This document shows, one piece after another, positions 17,332-27,275 of a DNA stretch of 64,000 bases; position 1 is the first letter of the stretch, and each line of letters opens with the position of its first letter. This DNA comes from an uncultured candidatus Porisulfidus sp. (GTDB taxonomy: Bacteria > Pseudomonadota > Gammaproteobacteria > Poriferisulfidales > Poriferisulfidaceae): positions 1 to 64,000 of the forward strand of contig CBDASZ010000001.1 of assembly GCA_965199755.1 (NCBI GenBank), given 5' to 3'. Position numbers and translations under genes: made by a program. The notes under the pieces were generated by a model, which did no database searches, was not told where the DNA came from, and saw only the letters and a program-made list of their open reading frames with translations.

Positions 17332-19650
17332 CTAGAACGAGTTCTCCATGCGCAGGCCAATCATGGCAGTGCGCTCCTTGTTCGGGCGCGCACCATACGG
17401 CTGGCGCGCTACGATATCTTCCTGATCAGTCAGGTTGGATACCCGCGCAATCAGCGTGATATTGCTGCCGATGCGGTAACTCGCGCTGACATCAATCGTG
17501 AAACTCGATTCTGTCTTGTTGAAGTTGTCACACGGGGATTTCACGCAAGTCTCATCGACATAGTTGCCGCTGACATTCAGCGTCCAGTCGGATGCCTCCA
17601 GACCCAGGCCCAGGCGGAGCTGGTGCTCCGGGATATAGGGAATGGCATCGCCCTTGGACACCGTGCCGAAGAAGTCCGACTCAAAGTCCGTATCAAACTC
17701 GGTATCCATATACGTGTAGGTAATCGACAGCGGCATCAGCAATGATTCGCTCACGGCAAAATCCGTGGTTATCAAGGCTTCCAGCCCTTGCACCGTCGCG
17801 GCGTCCCCGTTGAACGCATCTCCCACCGTGCAACTCGCACCAGACGACGCGGTGCATTCGCCGATCAGGTTCTTGTAGTCGCTGTAGAAACCGATGATTT
17901 CTCCCTGTAACTGGTGGTTGGCATAACGGAAGCCGAATTCGTAGTTGTCCGCCTTCTCCTCGTCAACGCCAGGCGCATTGCTCGGCGCGCTAAACCCCTT
18001 GTGGTAACCAGCCAGCAGCGACAGGCTGTCGCTGGCCTGATACATCATGCCAAAGCCCGGCAGCCAGACTTCTGTTTTGTTCTCGCGCCCGTCCCGATAG
18101 ACTCCGCGATCACTCATCGGCTGAGCATCCGTGCATTTGCTTTTCTCCGTCGGGTCCACGCTCACGGGATTCGCGCAAAACCGGGAACGCTTCTGGTCAA
18201 TGTCTTCATAGCGCACACCGGGCGTGACCACCCAGTCGCCCCATTCAATCCGGTCGTACAGATAGATCGCGATGGCCTCGGCCTCCTGCAGCCGGTTATT
18301 CGCCGCGGAATGTCCCGTGGTGCCCTGGTCTTCCAGTACCAGCCGACCGTTGATTTGGGTATAGGCGTCCAGACGCTGGATGCGATCTTCCTCATCTTCG
18401 TGGTAGCGAACACCGAATTGCAATTCGTGCGACGCAGGACCCGTCTCCAGATCCCAATCGAACACTGCTTGCACGCCGCGCGAGAAGTACTCGCGCTCAT
18501 TGGCTTTCAACTGAATGCCGCCAGCTTCCGTATCCCGTGTCCCATCCAGAATTTCCTTGGCCTGTTCCGGGGTGAGGCAGACATCGCCTTCGCAAATATC
18601 CTTGCCCCGGTTGATTTTGTCGATCACACCGCCCCAACTCTGCTTCTTGAAAGTGTCCGCGTTGGTGGTGCCGGTGATGTCCAGACCTTCTGTCTTGTAC
18701 CAGTTGCGATAGTGCTCGTTGTTGTAGACCGTCACAGACAAGCTCGCCGTATCGCTCGTCTGGAACCGGTAGGTGAGAATCTGCTGATCGTGCTGGGTTC
18801 TGATTCCATCCAGCGCTGATAAGCCGTAGCGTCGATACGGGTCAGCGCGAAAATCCGTCTCGGTCAGTCCCATGTAGCTTTGGTTGGAACCTTGGTCCGC
18901 CACATGAAATTTCAGATCCACGGAGTGGCGCGAATTGGAGGGCGCGTAACTCATTTTGAGCATGTAATCCTGAAGACTCAGACCGGTATTCGTGGTGTTG
19001 TTATCGACATTCTGGAAGCCGTCCGAACCCCACTGATGCGTCTCCACCAAAAATCCGACGCCACTGTCCGAAGTCCCGCCCGCGTAACCGTGCATGCGAT
19101 AGTCGGAATCCCCGCCGATCTCTGTCATGATCTGGCTTTTCATGTCCTGCGGTATGGGCGTGGAAATCATATTGAACGCGCCACCGATGGTGTACGGACC
19201 TTGCGTGATCGCCGCGGGGCCTTTCAGCACCTCAATGGCGTGCATGCGCCCGGCGGTCGGGAAGTAATAGGCAGCAGGCGCTGAATACGGTGCCGGAGCG
19301 ACCAGCACATTGTCTTCCAGCAAGGTGATGCGGCTGCTGCGCTCGGTGGCGACGCCGCGAATGCTGATATTGGGACGCAACCCGTAGCCGTCTTCAAGTT
19401 GCACGGAGACTCCAGGCACCTGACGCACAATATCCTGAGTGTCGGCATAGTTGAATTTGAGCAACTCCTCCGAACTGATGTAATGCGCCGAACCGGTCAT
19501 CTCCTGAGCGCCCGACATGCCATGCACGATCATGACTTCCGGTGACGGCGAATCGTCTTCCTCGGTCATCGCTGGCCCATACGCCAACATCCCCAGTAAG
19601 CTCGCTCCCGCATATATCGTGGTGGCCCTAATGTGTTTATAAAAATTCAT
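17332..19650 (-). CDS. TonB-dependent outer-membrane receptor (FecA-like, iron uptake)
   Basis: Signal peptide, plug domain (EDGYGLRPNISIRG...IEVLKGP...GG), beta-barrel, terminal Phe; Fur box upstream. Confidence 0.92.
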   Translation of the reverse strand: MNFYKHIRATTIYAGASLLGMLAYGPAMTEEDDSPSPEVMIVHGMSGAQEMTGSAHYISSEELLKFNYADTQDIVRQVPGVSVQLEDGYGLRPNISIRGVATERSSRITLLEDNVLVAPAPYSAPAAYYFPTAGRMHAIEVLKGPAAITQGPYTIGGAFNMISTPIPQDMKSQIMTEIGGDSDYRMHGYAGGTSDSGVGFLVETHQWGSDGFQNVDNNTTNTGLSLQDYMLKMSYAPSNSRHSVDLKFHVADQGSNQSYMGLTETDFRADPYRRYGLSALDGIRTQHDQQILTYRFQTSDTASLSVTVYNNEHYRNWYKTEGLDITGTTNADTFKKQSWGGVIDKINRGKDICEGDVCLTPEQAKEILDGTRDTEAGGIQLKANEREYFSRGVQAVFDWDLETGPASHELQFGVRYHEDEEDRIQRLDAYTQINGRLVLEDQGTTGHSAANNRLQEAEAIAIYLYDRIEWGDWVVTPGVRYEDIDQKRSRFCANPVSVDPTEKSKCTDAQPMSDRGVYRDGRENKTEVWLPGFGMMYQASDSLSLLAGYHKGFSAPSNAPGVDEEKADNYEFGFRYANHQLQGEIIGFYSDYKNLIGECTASSGASCTVGDAFNGDAATVQGLEALITTDFAVSESLLMPLSITYTYMDTEFDTDFESDFFGTVSKGDAIPYIPEHQLRLGLGLEASDWTLNVSGNYVDETCVKSPCDNFNKTESSFTIDVSASYRIGSNITLIARVSNLTDQEDIVARQPYGARPNKERTAMIGLRMENSF

Positions 19651-19718
19651 TTCAATCCCTGTTGTTTGCGGTAATCTCCACAGGCCATCACTAGCATGCG
19701 CCGGAGAAATCGTGCCAT

Positions 19719-19747
19719 ATTATAATGATAATCATTCTCATTTTCAA
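19719..19747 (-). promoter_or_regulatory. Sigma70 promoter overlapped by a Fur box
   Basis: Minus strand TTGAAA-N17-TATAAT. Positions 19721-19739 read TATAATGATAATCATTCTC, matching the Fur consensus GATAATGATAATCATTATC at 17/19. Confidence 0.88.
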
Positions 19748-19818
19748 GTACTGCATTTCCTCATTGAAATTTAACTTTGAAAGGATTGAAAATCGGGGCA
19801 TCGCCCCGTCTCTTTCAC

Positions 19819-20430
19819 TTAAGATTTGCCTTCAATACCTTGTCGCAAACGCTCGATATTGTCCCAGTGACGCCACACCACCAGCGCGCCGAGCACCCCA
19901 CCCACGGTTACAGAATACACACCGCCCAATGCGGTAAAAGCATACAGCGGCAACACCGCGGCCGCGGCAATGGACGCGATCGAAACCAGCCGGTACAACG
20001 CATACGCCACCGCCCAGGTCGCGGCCCACAAGGCAAACAAATACGGACTTGCCACCAACAGAACTCCGGCCAAGGTCGCCACCCCCTTACCGCCGCGGAA
20101 TCTATGAAACACCGGCCACATATGCCCGCACACCGCGCCGAGCGCGGCGAGCAGCGCGAACTCCGCCGCCAGCGCCGGACACACCTCAGAGGCCAGCCAC
20201 ACCGCCAGCGCGCCCTTGCCGGCATCGCCTGCCAACACCAGCGCAGCCAGATATTTGCTGTGCGTCACGCGTAGCATGTTGGTCGCGCCCGGATTGCCGG
20301 AGCCAGACTCTCGCGGACTCTGCAGACCGCACAACTTGCTTATAATCAGAGCACTGTTGATCGAGCCGAGCAAATAAGCGCCCAGCGCCACGGCCACACC
20401 TGAAAACAGTAGTCCTGTTCCGTCACACAT
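19819..20430 (-). CDS. plsY: Glycerol-3-phosphate acyltransferase PlsY
   Basis: YLLGS, GSGNPGATN, D.GKG, GH.WP...F.GGKGVAT, RH..NI.RL motifs; start uncertain. Confidence 0.95.
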   Translation of the reverse strand: MCDGTGLLFSGVAVALGAYLLGSINSALIISKLCGLQSPRESGSGNPGATNMLRVTHSKYLAALVLAGDAGKGALAVWLASEVCPALAAEFALLAALGAVCGHMWPVFHRFRGGKGVATLAGVLLVASPYLFALWAATWAVAYALYRLVSIASIAAAAVLPLYAFTALGGVYSVTVGGVLGALVVWRHWDNIERLRQGIEGKS

Positions 20431-21160
20431 GGATTCCCCCAACGCTGAAGCGACCCCTGTTGTCTTGATTCATGGATTCGGATTCGGCTCGGCTGTGTGG
20501 GCCCCTCTCACCACGCAATTGCCCGCCGATTATACGCCCCGCCTGATTGACCTGCCCGGCCACGCTGAACCACCGCTCCACAGCCACCCGTCGGTTTATG
20601 ACACCCTGCGCGACTACCAAAACGCCCACTGGGTCGGCTGGTCCATGGGCGGCCTGATCGCGCTCGCAGCCCTCGAAAACGGCATCACAACGCGCTCACT
20701 CAGCCTGCTGGCTGCACTGCCGCGCATGGTGGAGACCCATGACTGGCCCTGCGCAATCGAGCGCAGCGCCTTTGAGGCGTTCCGCACCCGCCTGCAGGCG
20801 GATACTGATGACGGACTGCGCCATTTCACGGCGCTGATTACGCACGGCGAGCCTGACGGCGCGCACGTGCGCCAGTACCTGCAACGCATTACACCACCCA
20901 ATGCGGATACACTGTGTTGGGAGCTGGGGTTTCTGGGTCACTCAGACTTTCGTGAGTACTGGGCCGGCTGCGATGTGCCGCGACAGATTGTTTTGGGCGC
21001 GCATGACGCGCTGATCACTCCAGAGGCCCCCGCCTGCGTACGCGCACTCGGACCCGATATCCCGATCACCGTGCTGGAGGAGGCGGGACACGCGCTGCCG
21101 CTGTCGCAACCCGAACGCTGCGCCGAAGTGCTGCAGTCCTTCTGGAACACCATGCCATGA
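20429..21160 (+). CDS. bioH: Pimeloyl-ACP methyl ester esterase
   Basis: LIHGFG, DLPGH, GWSMGG, AGHA motifs; coupled to bioC. Confidence 0.82.
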   Translation: MDSPNAEATPVVLIHGFGFGSAVWAPLTTQLPADYTPRLIDLPGHAEPPLHSHPSVYDTLRDYQNAHWVGWSMGGLIALAALENGITTRSLSLLAALPRMVETHDWPCAIERSAFEAFRTRLQADTDDGLRHFTALITHGEPDGAHVRQYLQRITPPNADTLCWELGFLGHSDFREYWAGCDVPRQIVLGAHDALITPEAPACVRALGPDIPITVLEEAGHALPLSQPERCAEVLQSFWNTMP

Positions 21161-22002
21161 GTGAATCCTTCCCGCAAAGGCAAGCGCGTCTGCGCCGCGG
21201 TTTCGACCGTGCGGCAGAGCACTACGATCACTACGCCGCCATCCAACAGGATATCGCCGAACAGTTGCTGACGCGACTCAGCTTCATACACCTGCAACCC
21301 CAATGCGTGCTGGACCTCGGTGCCGGCACCGGCTTTAGCACCCAACAACTGCAGCAGAGCTACCCGGAAGCGCAGGTGATCGCGGTGGATTTCTCACAGG
21401 CCATGCTGCTGCAGGCCCGCCATGCGAACACTATCCCCAATGCGGTTGCCGCTGACATTTTCTGTCTGCCGCTGGCGAATGACAGCGTTGATCTGGTCTT
21501 CTCCAGTTCCACCTTGCAGTGGTGCGAACCGCTGGAGTTGGTACTCGAAGAAATCGCCCGCATCCTGCGCCCTGATGGTCTGCTAATGTTCTCCAGTTAC
21601 GGCCCGGACACCCTGCAGGAGTTGCGCGACGCGCAACAAGTAGCCGGCATTCAGTACGGAGTCAACACTTTTCGCGACATGCACCCGATCGGCGATTTGC
21701 TGCTGGCCCAGGGCTACCGCGACCCGGTGCTGGATACGGAACGTCTGGATGTCTCCTACGCATCGGTCGAGCAATTAATGCGGGAATTGCGCGGCATCGG
21801 TTCCAGCCGCATGGAAATCGGCGAAGAACCCAATATGACCCGCCAACAGTGGCAGAGCGTGCGCGAGGCCTATCCCGTCGATGAAGACGGGCGCATTCAC
21901 ACGACCTACGAGATCATTTACGGCCATGCGCTGGCCGCACCTGAGGCGACTTTGGCACCCTCCCCGGAGGACAACGTCCACCCCCTGAAGCACTGGCCCT
22001 GA
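21157..22002 (+). CDS. bioC: Malonyl-ACP O-methyltransferase
   Basis: F.RAA..YD..A..Q, LDLGAGTG, LQWC, GPDTLQEL, F.DMH.IGD, TYEIIYG. Confidence 0.9.
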   Translation: MSESFPQRQARLRRGFDRAAEHYDHYAAIQQDIAEQLLTRLSFIHLQPQCVLDLGAGTGFSTQQLQQSYPEAQVIAVDFSQAMLLQARHANTIPNAVAADIFCLPLANDSVDLVFSSSTLQWCEPLELVLEEIARILRPDGLLMFSSYGPDTLQELRDAQQVAGIQYGVNTFRDMHPIGDLLLAQGYRDPVLDTERLDVSYASVEQLMRELRGIGSSRMEIGEEPNMTRQQWQSVREAYPVDEDGRIHTTYEIIYGHALAAPEATLAPSPEDNVHPLKHWP

Positions 22003-22006
22003 GCGA

Positions 22007-22846
22007 CTACGCCGAAGGGGAAACGGCGCGCCCGGATAATCCGTCCAGCAGGCGCGCCCAGTCATAGTCGCGGTCCCCGACCGCCATAAATGAAGGATTA
22101 AGCAGGCTCGCCTTGCGGTTGTAGCGCAAGGGGTGTAACTGCCAGTCGATCAGCGCACCACCCGCTTCCTCGACAATGCACTGCGCGGCCGCGGTGTCCC
22201 ACTCGGATGTGGGGCCGTAGCGCGGATACAGATCAAGGCTGCCTTCGGCCACGCGGCAGCTTTTGAGAGAACTGCCGATGCGCCGCTCCTGCCAAGCACC
22301 AAGACGCTCCAGCAGGGAACGGATCTGCGCACCGGCGTAGTGATGACGCGCCGCGACGGTGAACGAAGCATCCTGCGGTGCGGTGCGCGCGGCAATCGCG
22401 CAGTCCGCCTCACCTTCCTCACAGCGGAACGCGCCGCCGCCGAGATGAGCGTGATAGCCCAGACCCAGCGCCGGGACACCGATCACGCCGAGCACCGGCT
22501 GCTGCTCGTGAATCAGCGCGATGTTGACGGTGAACTCCGGTGAACCCTTAAGCAGTTCGCGCGTCCCGTCCAGAGGATCGACCAGCCAGTAGGTCTGCCA
22601 CTGCCGGCGCGTCTGCCACGCCACCGGTTCCGCCTCCTCCGACACCAGCGGCCAGCCTTCGGCAATCTTCGGCAAGCCGGCGGCAATGCACTCATGCGCA
22701 ACCAGATCAGCCGTGGTCACCGGCGAGCCGTCGGGTTTCTCGAACACTTCATAGCCGGACTCGCACTCTTCCAGAATGCGGTGGCCTGCCTCCTCCGCCA
22801 GCAGGCGCACCTGCGGCAGTATTTCGGCCAACTTTCCCACGTCCAT
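22007..22846 (-). CDS. cysQ: 3'(2'),5'-bisphosphate nucleotidase
   Basis: SPVT.AD, SEE, WLVDPLDGT, EFTVNIALI, GSSLK, EWDTAA motifs. Confidence 0.93.
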   Translation of the reverse strand: MDVGKLAEILPQVRLLAEEAGHRILEECESGYEVFEKPDGSPVTTADLVAHECIAAGLPKIAEGWPLVSEEAEPVAWQTRRQWQTYWLVDPLDGTRELLKGSPEFTVNIALIHEQQPVLGVIGVPALGLGYHAHLGGGAFRCEEGEADCAIAARTAPQDASFTVAARHHYAGAQIRSLLERLGAWQERRIGSSLKSCRVAEGSLDLYPRYGPTSEWDTAAAQCIVEEAGGALIDWQLHPLRYNRKASLLNPSFMAVGDRDYDWARLLDGLSGRAVSPSA

Positions 22847-22943
22847 GATGCGCCTTTTGTTTGTGTGCTATCCGTCAGCAATTCTATATGTTCCGCGCCC
22901 CTATGCCCCATAATAGAGCTACCGATGTTGCATTCACAACCTG

Positions 22944-23486
22944 ATGGCACTGCTTGACGTTTTGCGATTTCCCGACCCGCGCCTGCGCGTGGTCGCCGAT
23001 CCGGTAGAGGAAGTCACCGACGATACGCGCGCGATCGTCGCTGATATGCTTGAGACCATGTACGACGAGTACGGCATTGGTCTGGCCGCCATTCAGGTCA
23101 ACATTCCGCAGCGCATCGTGGTTATGGACCTGAGCGAGAAATGCAATGAGCCGATGTGCCTGATCAACCCGGAGATCACCGAGCGTGAGGGCGAGCGAAA
23201 AAACGAGGAAGGCTGCCTGTCGGTGCCGGAGTTCACGGCCCAAGTTCCCCGTTCGGAGCGCATTCACTGCACGGCTCTAAATGAACGCGGCGAATCCGTA
23301 GAACTGGAGGCGGATGGCCTGCTGGCGGTGTGCATCCAGCATGAAATCGATCATCTCAACGGCAAGTTGTTCATTGACTACCTGTCGCCGCTGAAACGCG
23401 AGCGCCTCGCTGAGCGACTGCGCAAACTGGCGCGCAGCGGACAACTCCCCAAACGCGAACGACGCCCGCAATACGCCGCGGGCTGA
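22944..23486 (+). CDS. def: Peptide deformylase
   Basis: GIGLAA.Q, EGCLS, QHEIDHL. Confidence 0.97.
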   Translation: MALLDVLRFPDPRLRVVADPVEEVTDDTRAIVADMLETMYDEYGIGLAAIQVNIPQRIVVMDLSEKCNEPMCLINPEITEREGERKNEEGCLSVPEFTAQVPRSERIHCTALNERGESVELEADGLLAVCIQHEIDHLNGKLFIDYLSPLKRERLAERLRKLARSGQLPKRERRPQYAAG

Positions 23487-23511
23487 GCACCCGCACGCTT
23501 CGGGGCCTGCC

Positions 23512-24435
23512 ATGCGGTTGATCTTCGCCGGCAGCGGTTCTTTCGGCGCTACCATACTCGACGCGCTGCACAACAGCGCGCACGAAATAACACAGGTGCT
23601 GTCACAGCCGGATCGCCCCGCCGGACGGCGCATGCGACTCACCGCGACGTTTTGCGCGGCGCAGGCCCACAAATACAAGCTGCCGCTACTGCAACCGGCA
23701 CGTCTTGATGAAGATGCCTTGGATGCGTTGCGCGCAAACGACTCGGAGGTATTCGTGGTCGCCGACTTCGGCCAGTTGATCCCGGCCTCCTGGCTGGATC
23801 TATGCCCCAGCGGCACACTCAACGTGCATCCCTCGCTGTTGCCGCGCTGGCGCGGTGCCGCACCCATCGCCCGCGCCATTGAAGCCGGTGAGACTGAGAG
23901 CGGGTGCACCCTCATGCTGATGAATGAGCAACTGGATGCCGGCGATATTCTGCGCCAGCAGTCCATCGCCTTCGCCGCCGATGAGACCAGCGCCAGCGCC
24001 CACGTGAAACTCGCCGCGCTCGGTGCTGATATGCTGTTGCGCTATCTGGATGACTTCCCCGTCGATCACCCCGACCGCGTCGCGCAAGACGAAGATCAAG
24101 TCTGTTTCGCGCCGGCCCTGAGCAAAACCGAAGCTGCGCTCAACTGGCAGCAGGACGCCGAGCGGCTCGCCTGCAAGATTCGAGCCTTCAATCCGCAGCC
24201 GGTCGCCACCGCCCGCTGCGGCGATGAGGTGTTGCGGCTATGGCAGGCGCACGCGAGCGATCAGGAGCATTCCGAGACACCCGGCACAGTGGTGCGCAGC
24301 AGTATAGAGGGCATTTTCGTCGCCTGCGGCTCAGGCATGTTGTGTATCACTGAATTGCAGCGTCCGGGCGGTCGCCGCCTATCCGCGCAAGTGTTCTGCA
24401 ATGCCCGGCGCTTGGACGGCCTGCGCCTGAGCTGA
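23512..24435 (+). CDS. fmt: Methionyl-tRNA formyltransferase
   Basis: QPDRPAGR, NVHPSLLPRWRGAAP, LDAGD; follows def. Confidence 0.95.
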   Translation: MRLIFAGSGSFGATILDALHNSAHEITQVLSQPDRPAGRRMRLTATFCAAQAHKYKLPLLQPARLDEDALDALRANDSEVFVVADFGQLIPASWLDLCPSGTLNVHPSLLPRWRGAAPIARAIEAGETESGCTLMLMNEQLDAGDILRQQSIAFAADETSASAHVKLAALGADMLLRYLDDFPVDHPDRVAQDEDQVCFAPALSKTEAALNWQQDAERLACKIRAFNPQPVATARCGDEVLRLWQAHASDQEHSETPGTVVRSSIEGIFVACGSGMLCITELQRPGGRRLSAQVFCNARRLDGLRLS

Positions 24436-24459
24436 GCACATTGGTTACACTGAACGGCC

Positions 24460-25014
24460 ATGAATTGTCGCCCACTCCCATGCTTGTTGCTATGCGCCGC
24501 CGCAGTATTGCCCTCTGCCGCGCTGGCGGAACTCAAACTGGAGCAGCTGACGGTGAAGTCCGCCGCGCAAACGGTATTGCTGGGTCTCGACTTCGCCGTG
24601 CACGACCCGCACTCCAAAATCGCCAACGCCCTGGCGCGCGGGGAGGTCTGGCTGGAGGTCGAAATCCGCCTGTTGCGCCCGCACTGGCTGTGGCGCGACG
24701 ACGTGCTCGGACGGTTGGTGCTGTTGCGCACCCTGAGCTACAACCCGCTGCAGCAGCGCTATCGCATCCAGCATACGCATCATGCCGAACACCACCATGC
24801 GCCACATCTTGAGGCCGCATTGGCACGGTTACTGCGCTTCGATGATATCCCCGCGACGCGACTGGACTGGCTGCCCGAACACGCCGGCGACTACCGCGGC
24901 GATATTCGCGCCCGGCTGTACGCCAATCCGCTGCCGCTGACCCCCATGCTGGAACCGCTTCACGCACACGCCCTCGACTGGCGCAGCCCCCCTGTGCTAT
25001 GGATGCTTCCCTGA
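24460..25014 (+). CDS. Exported DUF4390-like protein
   Basis: Signal peptide, LSYNPL...Y and C-terminal W..P; occupies the usual position upstream of an NtrY-like kinase. Confidence 0.65.
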   Translation: MNCRPLPCLLLCAAAVLPSAALAELKLEQLTVKSAAQTVLLGLDFAVHDPHSKIANALARGEVWLEVEIRLLRPHWLWRDDVLGRLVLLRTLSYNPLQQRYRIQHTHHAEHHHAPHLEAALARLLRFDDIPATRLDWLPEHAGDYRGDIRARLYANPLPLTPMLEPLHAHALDWRSPPVLWMLP

Positions 25015-27275
25015 AACGCTCGGGGCAAAGCCTGCTGCCGATCATCGGCATGTTCCTGCTGCTGACCGCCTCCTTGGCGATCATGGCGGAGGCGACGCAG
25101 AGTTCCGGGCACTTTCATCGCTGGCAATGGTGGGTCGCCGGCATCAACGGCGCGCTCGGTCTGATTTTGCTGTTCATGTTCGGCAACGGCCTGCGCCAGT
25201 TGATCCGCAAACGCAAGCACAAAGAAAGCGGCTCGCGGCTGTCGCTGCGCATGACCGCGCTGGTCAGCGGTTTCACGTTGCTGCCGATCTCAATGGTGTT
25301 CGGATTCTCGGTGTGGCTGATCTATAGCGGCATCGACAGCTGGTTCGACGTCGGAGTAGACAACGCGCTCAACAAGGCGATGGAACTGAGCCGCTCCTCA
25401 GTGGATCTGCAAATGCGGCAACTGCGCGTGCAGGTCGAGCGCATGATGCGCGAGCCGCTGAATGCCGATGATTACGAAGAGACCGCTGTGCGCATCAATG
25501 ACCTGGTGACCAACAGCGGCGCGCTTGAGGCGATTTTACTGGACTCCGACAACACGATTCTGGCCTCACAGGGCGCCGAAGCGAGCATCCTGCCGGACTT
25601 GCCCGACGAAAGCGACAGAGCCGACGGCGAAGACCTCGGTCAAGTGGATGTGGATGTGGAGTTGGTCGATGTGGAACTGGTGGAGGTGCCTGACATCCTG
25701 CCGGATCTGCCGAGCGAAGCGCAGCTGCAATTGCTGCAGGAAAGCGGTGTCTACATGCGTCAGGACGAGCACTCCGAACATGGTGCCGTGATCCGCATTC
25801 TGCTGCAGGTGCCCGCCGAAGACCGTGACTTGCCGCTGGTGCTGCAAACCCTGTTCCCGATCTCCGAGCACCTGCTGAGTCTGGCCGGTAGCGTCGAGGC
25901 GGCCGCGGCCATTTATCAGCGCTTGCTGGAATTGCGCGTACCGCTTAAATACAACCTGACTTTCGTGCTGTCACTGGCGTTGTTGCTGGGACTGTTGTTC
26001 GTGTTCTGGGCGGCGCTATATACCGCGCAAATCATTCTGGCACCGATCCCGGAGCTGGCGCGCGGCATTGACGCGGTGGCGGAAGGCAATTACACCGATC
26101 GCCTGCCGGTCGGCCCGGATGACGAACTGGCGCAGTTGTCGCACTCCTTCAACGACATGATCAGCCGGCTGGCGCAGGCCCGCTACATCGCGGAAACCCA
26201 ACGCAGCACCATTGAAGATCAGCGCGCCTACCTGCACACCGTGCTGAACCACCAAAGTTCCGGCGTGATCAGCGTCGATCACACCGGGCGGCTTAAAACC
26301 GCCAACCGCGCCGCGGAAACCATTCTGGACCTGAACCTTGACTCCTATCAGGGCCAGTCCATCGACGCGCTGCGCGAAGCGCACCCCAAGTTCGAGCCGC
26401 TGTGGAACCTGATCACACGACAACTGCACGAACAGACCGAACTGGAGCAGCAGTTGCAGTTGCGCTACGGCCAGCAGTTCCTGCATTGCCAAGGCGCGCT
26501 TCTGCCCAAAGATGCCGGCTGCGTGGTGGTGTTCGCGGACTCTACAGACTTGCTACAGGCGCAGCGGCTTGCGACCTGGGGCGAAGTCGCGCGACGACTC
26601 GCGCACGAAATCAAGAATCCCCTCACACCCATCCGTCTGTCGGCGGAGCGGGTGCAGCGCCGCCTGCAACCGGAACTCGACGACGAGGACGCCGACATGC
26701 TGCAGCGCGCCACCCAGACCATCGTGCGACAGGTCGATTCCATCAAGGCCATGATTGATGACTTCAGCGCCTACGCTTCCAGCCGCTCGGTGCTGGAACT
26801 GACCCAACTCAACGATCTGGTCGCCGAAGTGCGCGAGTTGTACCTGGGCCACAGCGAAGCCTGCAGCATGGAGGTCGCTTTGCATGAGTCGGGCGTATGG
26901 GTCAAAGCGGATCCGGTGCGCATCCGTCAACTGCTACACAACCTGATTAAAAATGCGCTGGAAGCGCAAAGCGCACAGGAGCAAGGCTCGGTGGTGGTGC
27001 GCACCACGGTGGAGAACGACATGGCCGTGCTGCACGTGGAGGATTCGGGGCCCGGCTTCAGCGACGAGATCATCGGGCGCGTGTTTGAGCCGTACATCAC
27101 CACCAAACCGCACGGCAATGGGCTGGGACTGGCGGTCGTCGAGCGCATTGTCGAGGATCACCACGGCAATATTCGCGTATACAATAATCCGCAAGGGGGC
27201 GGCTGTGTTGAAGTGCAGATTCCACTGTCCGCCGACCCCGCCGATCCCCCCTCCGCCGCACAGGCTGCAGAATGA
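24999..27275 (+). CDS. NtrY-like sensor histidine kinase (HAMP-PAS-HisKA-HATPase)
   Basis: IDSWFD, HAMP DEL..L..SFN.M, H-box VARRLAHEIKNPLTPI, N/G boxes NLIKNA, D.GPG, GLGL. Confidence 0.9.
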   Translation: MDASLKRSGQSLLPIIGMFLLLTASLAIMAEATQSSGHFHRWQWWVAGINGALGLILLFMFGNGLRQLIRKRKHKESGSRLSLRMTALVSGFTLLPISMVFGFSVWLIYSGIDSWFDVGVDNALNKAMELSRSSVDLQMRQLRVQVERMMREPLNADDYEETAVRINDLVTNSGALEAILLDSDNTILASQGAEASILPDLPDESDRADGEDLGQVDVDVELVDVELVEVPDILPDLPSEAQLQLLQESGVYMRQDEHSEHGAVIRILLQVPAEDRDLPLVLQTLFPISEHLLSLAGSVEAAAAIYQRLLELRVPLKYNLTFVLSLALLLGLLFVFWAALYTAQIILAPIPELARGIDAVAEGNYTDRLPVGPDDELAQLSHSFNDMISRLAQARYIAETQRSTIEDQRAYLHTVLNHQSSGVISVDHTGRLKTANRAAETILDLNLDSYQGQSIDALREAHPKFEPLWNLITRQLHEQTELEQQLQLRYGQQFLHCQGALLPKDAGCVVVFADSTDLLQAQRLATWGEVARRLAHEIKNPLTPIRLSAERVQRRLQPELDDEDADMLQRATQTIVRQVDSIKAMIDDFSAYASSRSVLELTQLNDLVAEVRELYLGHSEACSMEVALHESGVWVKADPVRIRQLLHNLIKNALEAQSAQEQGSVVVRTTVENDMAVLHVEDSGPGFSDEIIGRVFEPYITTKPHGNGLGLAVVERIVEDHHGNIRVYNNPQGGGCVEVQIPLSADPADPPSAAQAAE
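25586..25713 (+). repeat. Imperfect direct repeat 108 bp apart, flanking a low-complexity GTGGAT-type segment inside the kinase gene
   Basis: CATCCTGCCGGACTTGCC at 25586 and CATCCTGCCGGATCTGCC at 25694 (ILPDLP twice); GTGGATGTGGATGTGGAG lies between them. Confidence 0.75.

Noticed and set aside
19650-19800. Cobalamin or other riboswitch upstream of the TonB receptor
   Set aside because: The leader from the predicted promoter is only about 60 nt, with no B12-box; the Fur box explains the regulation.
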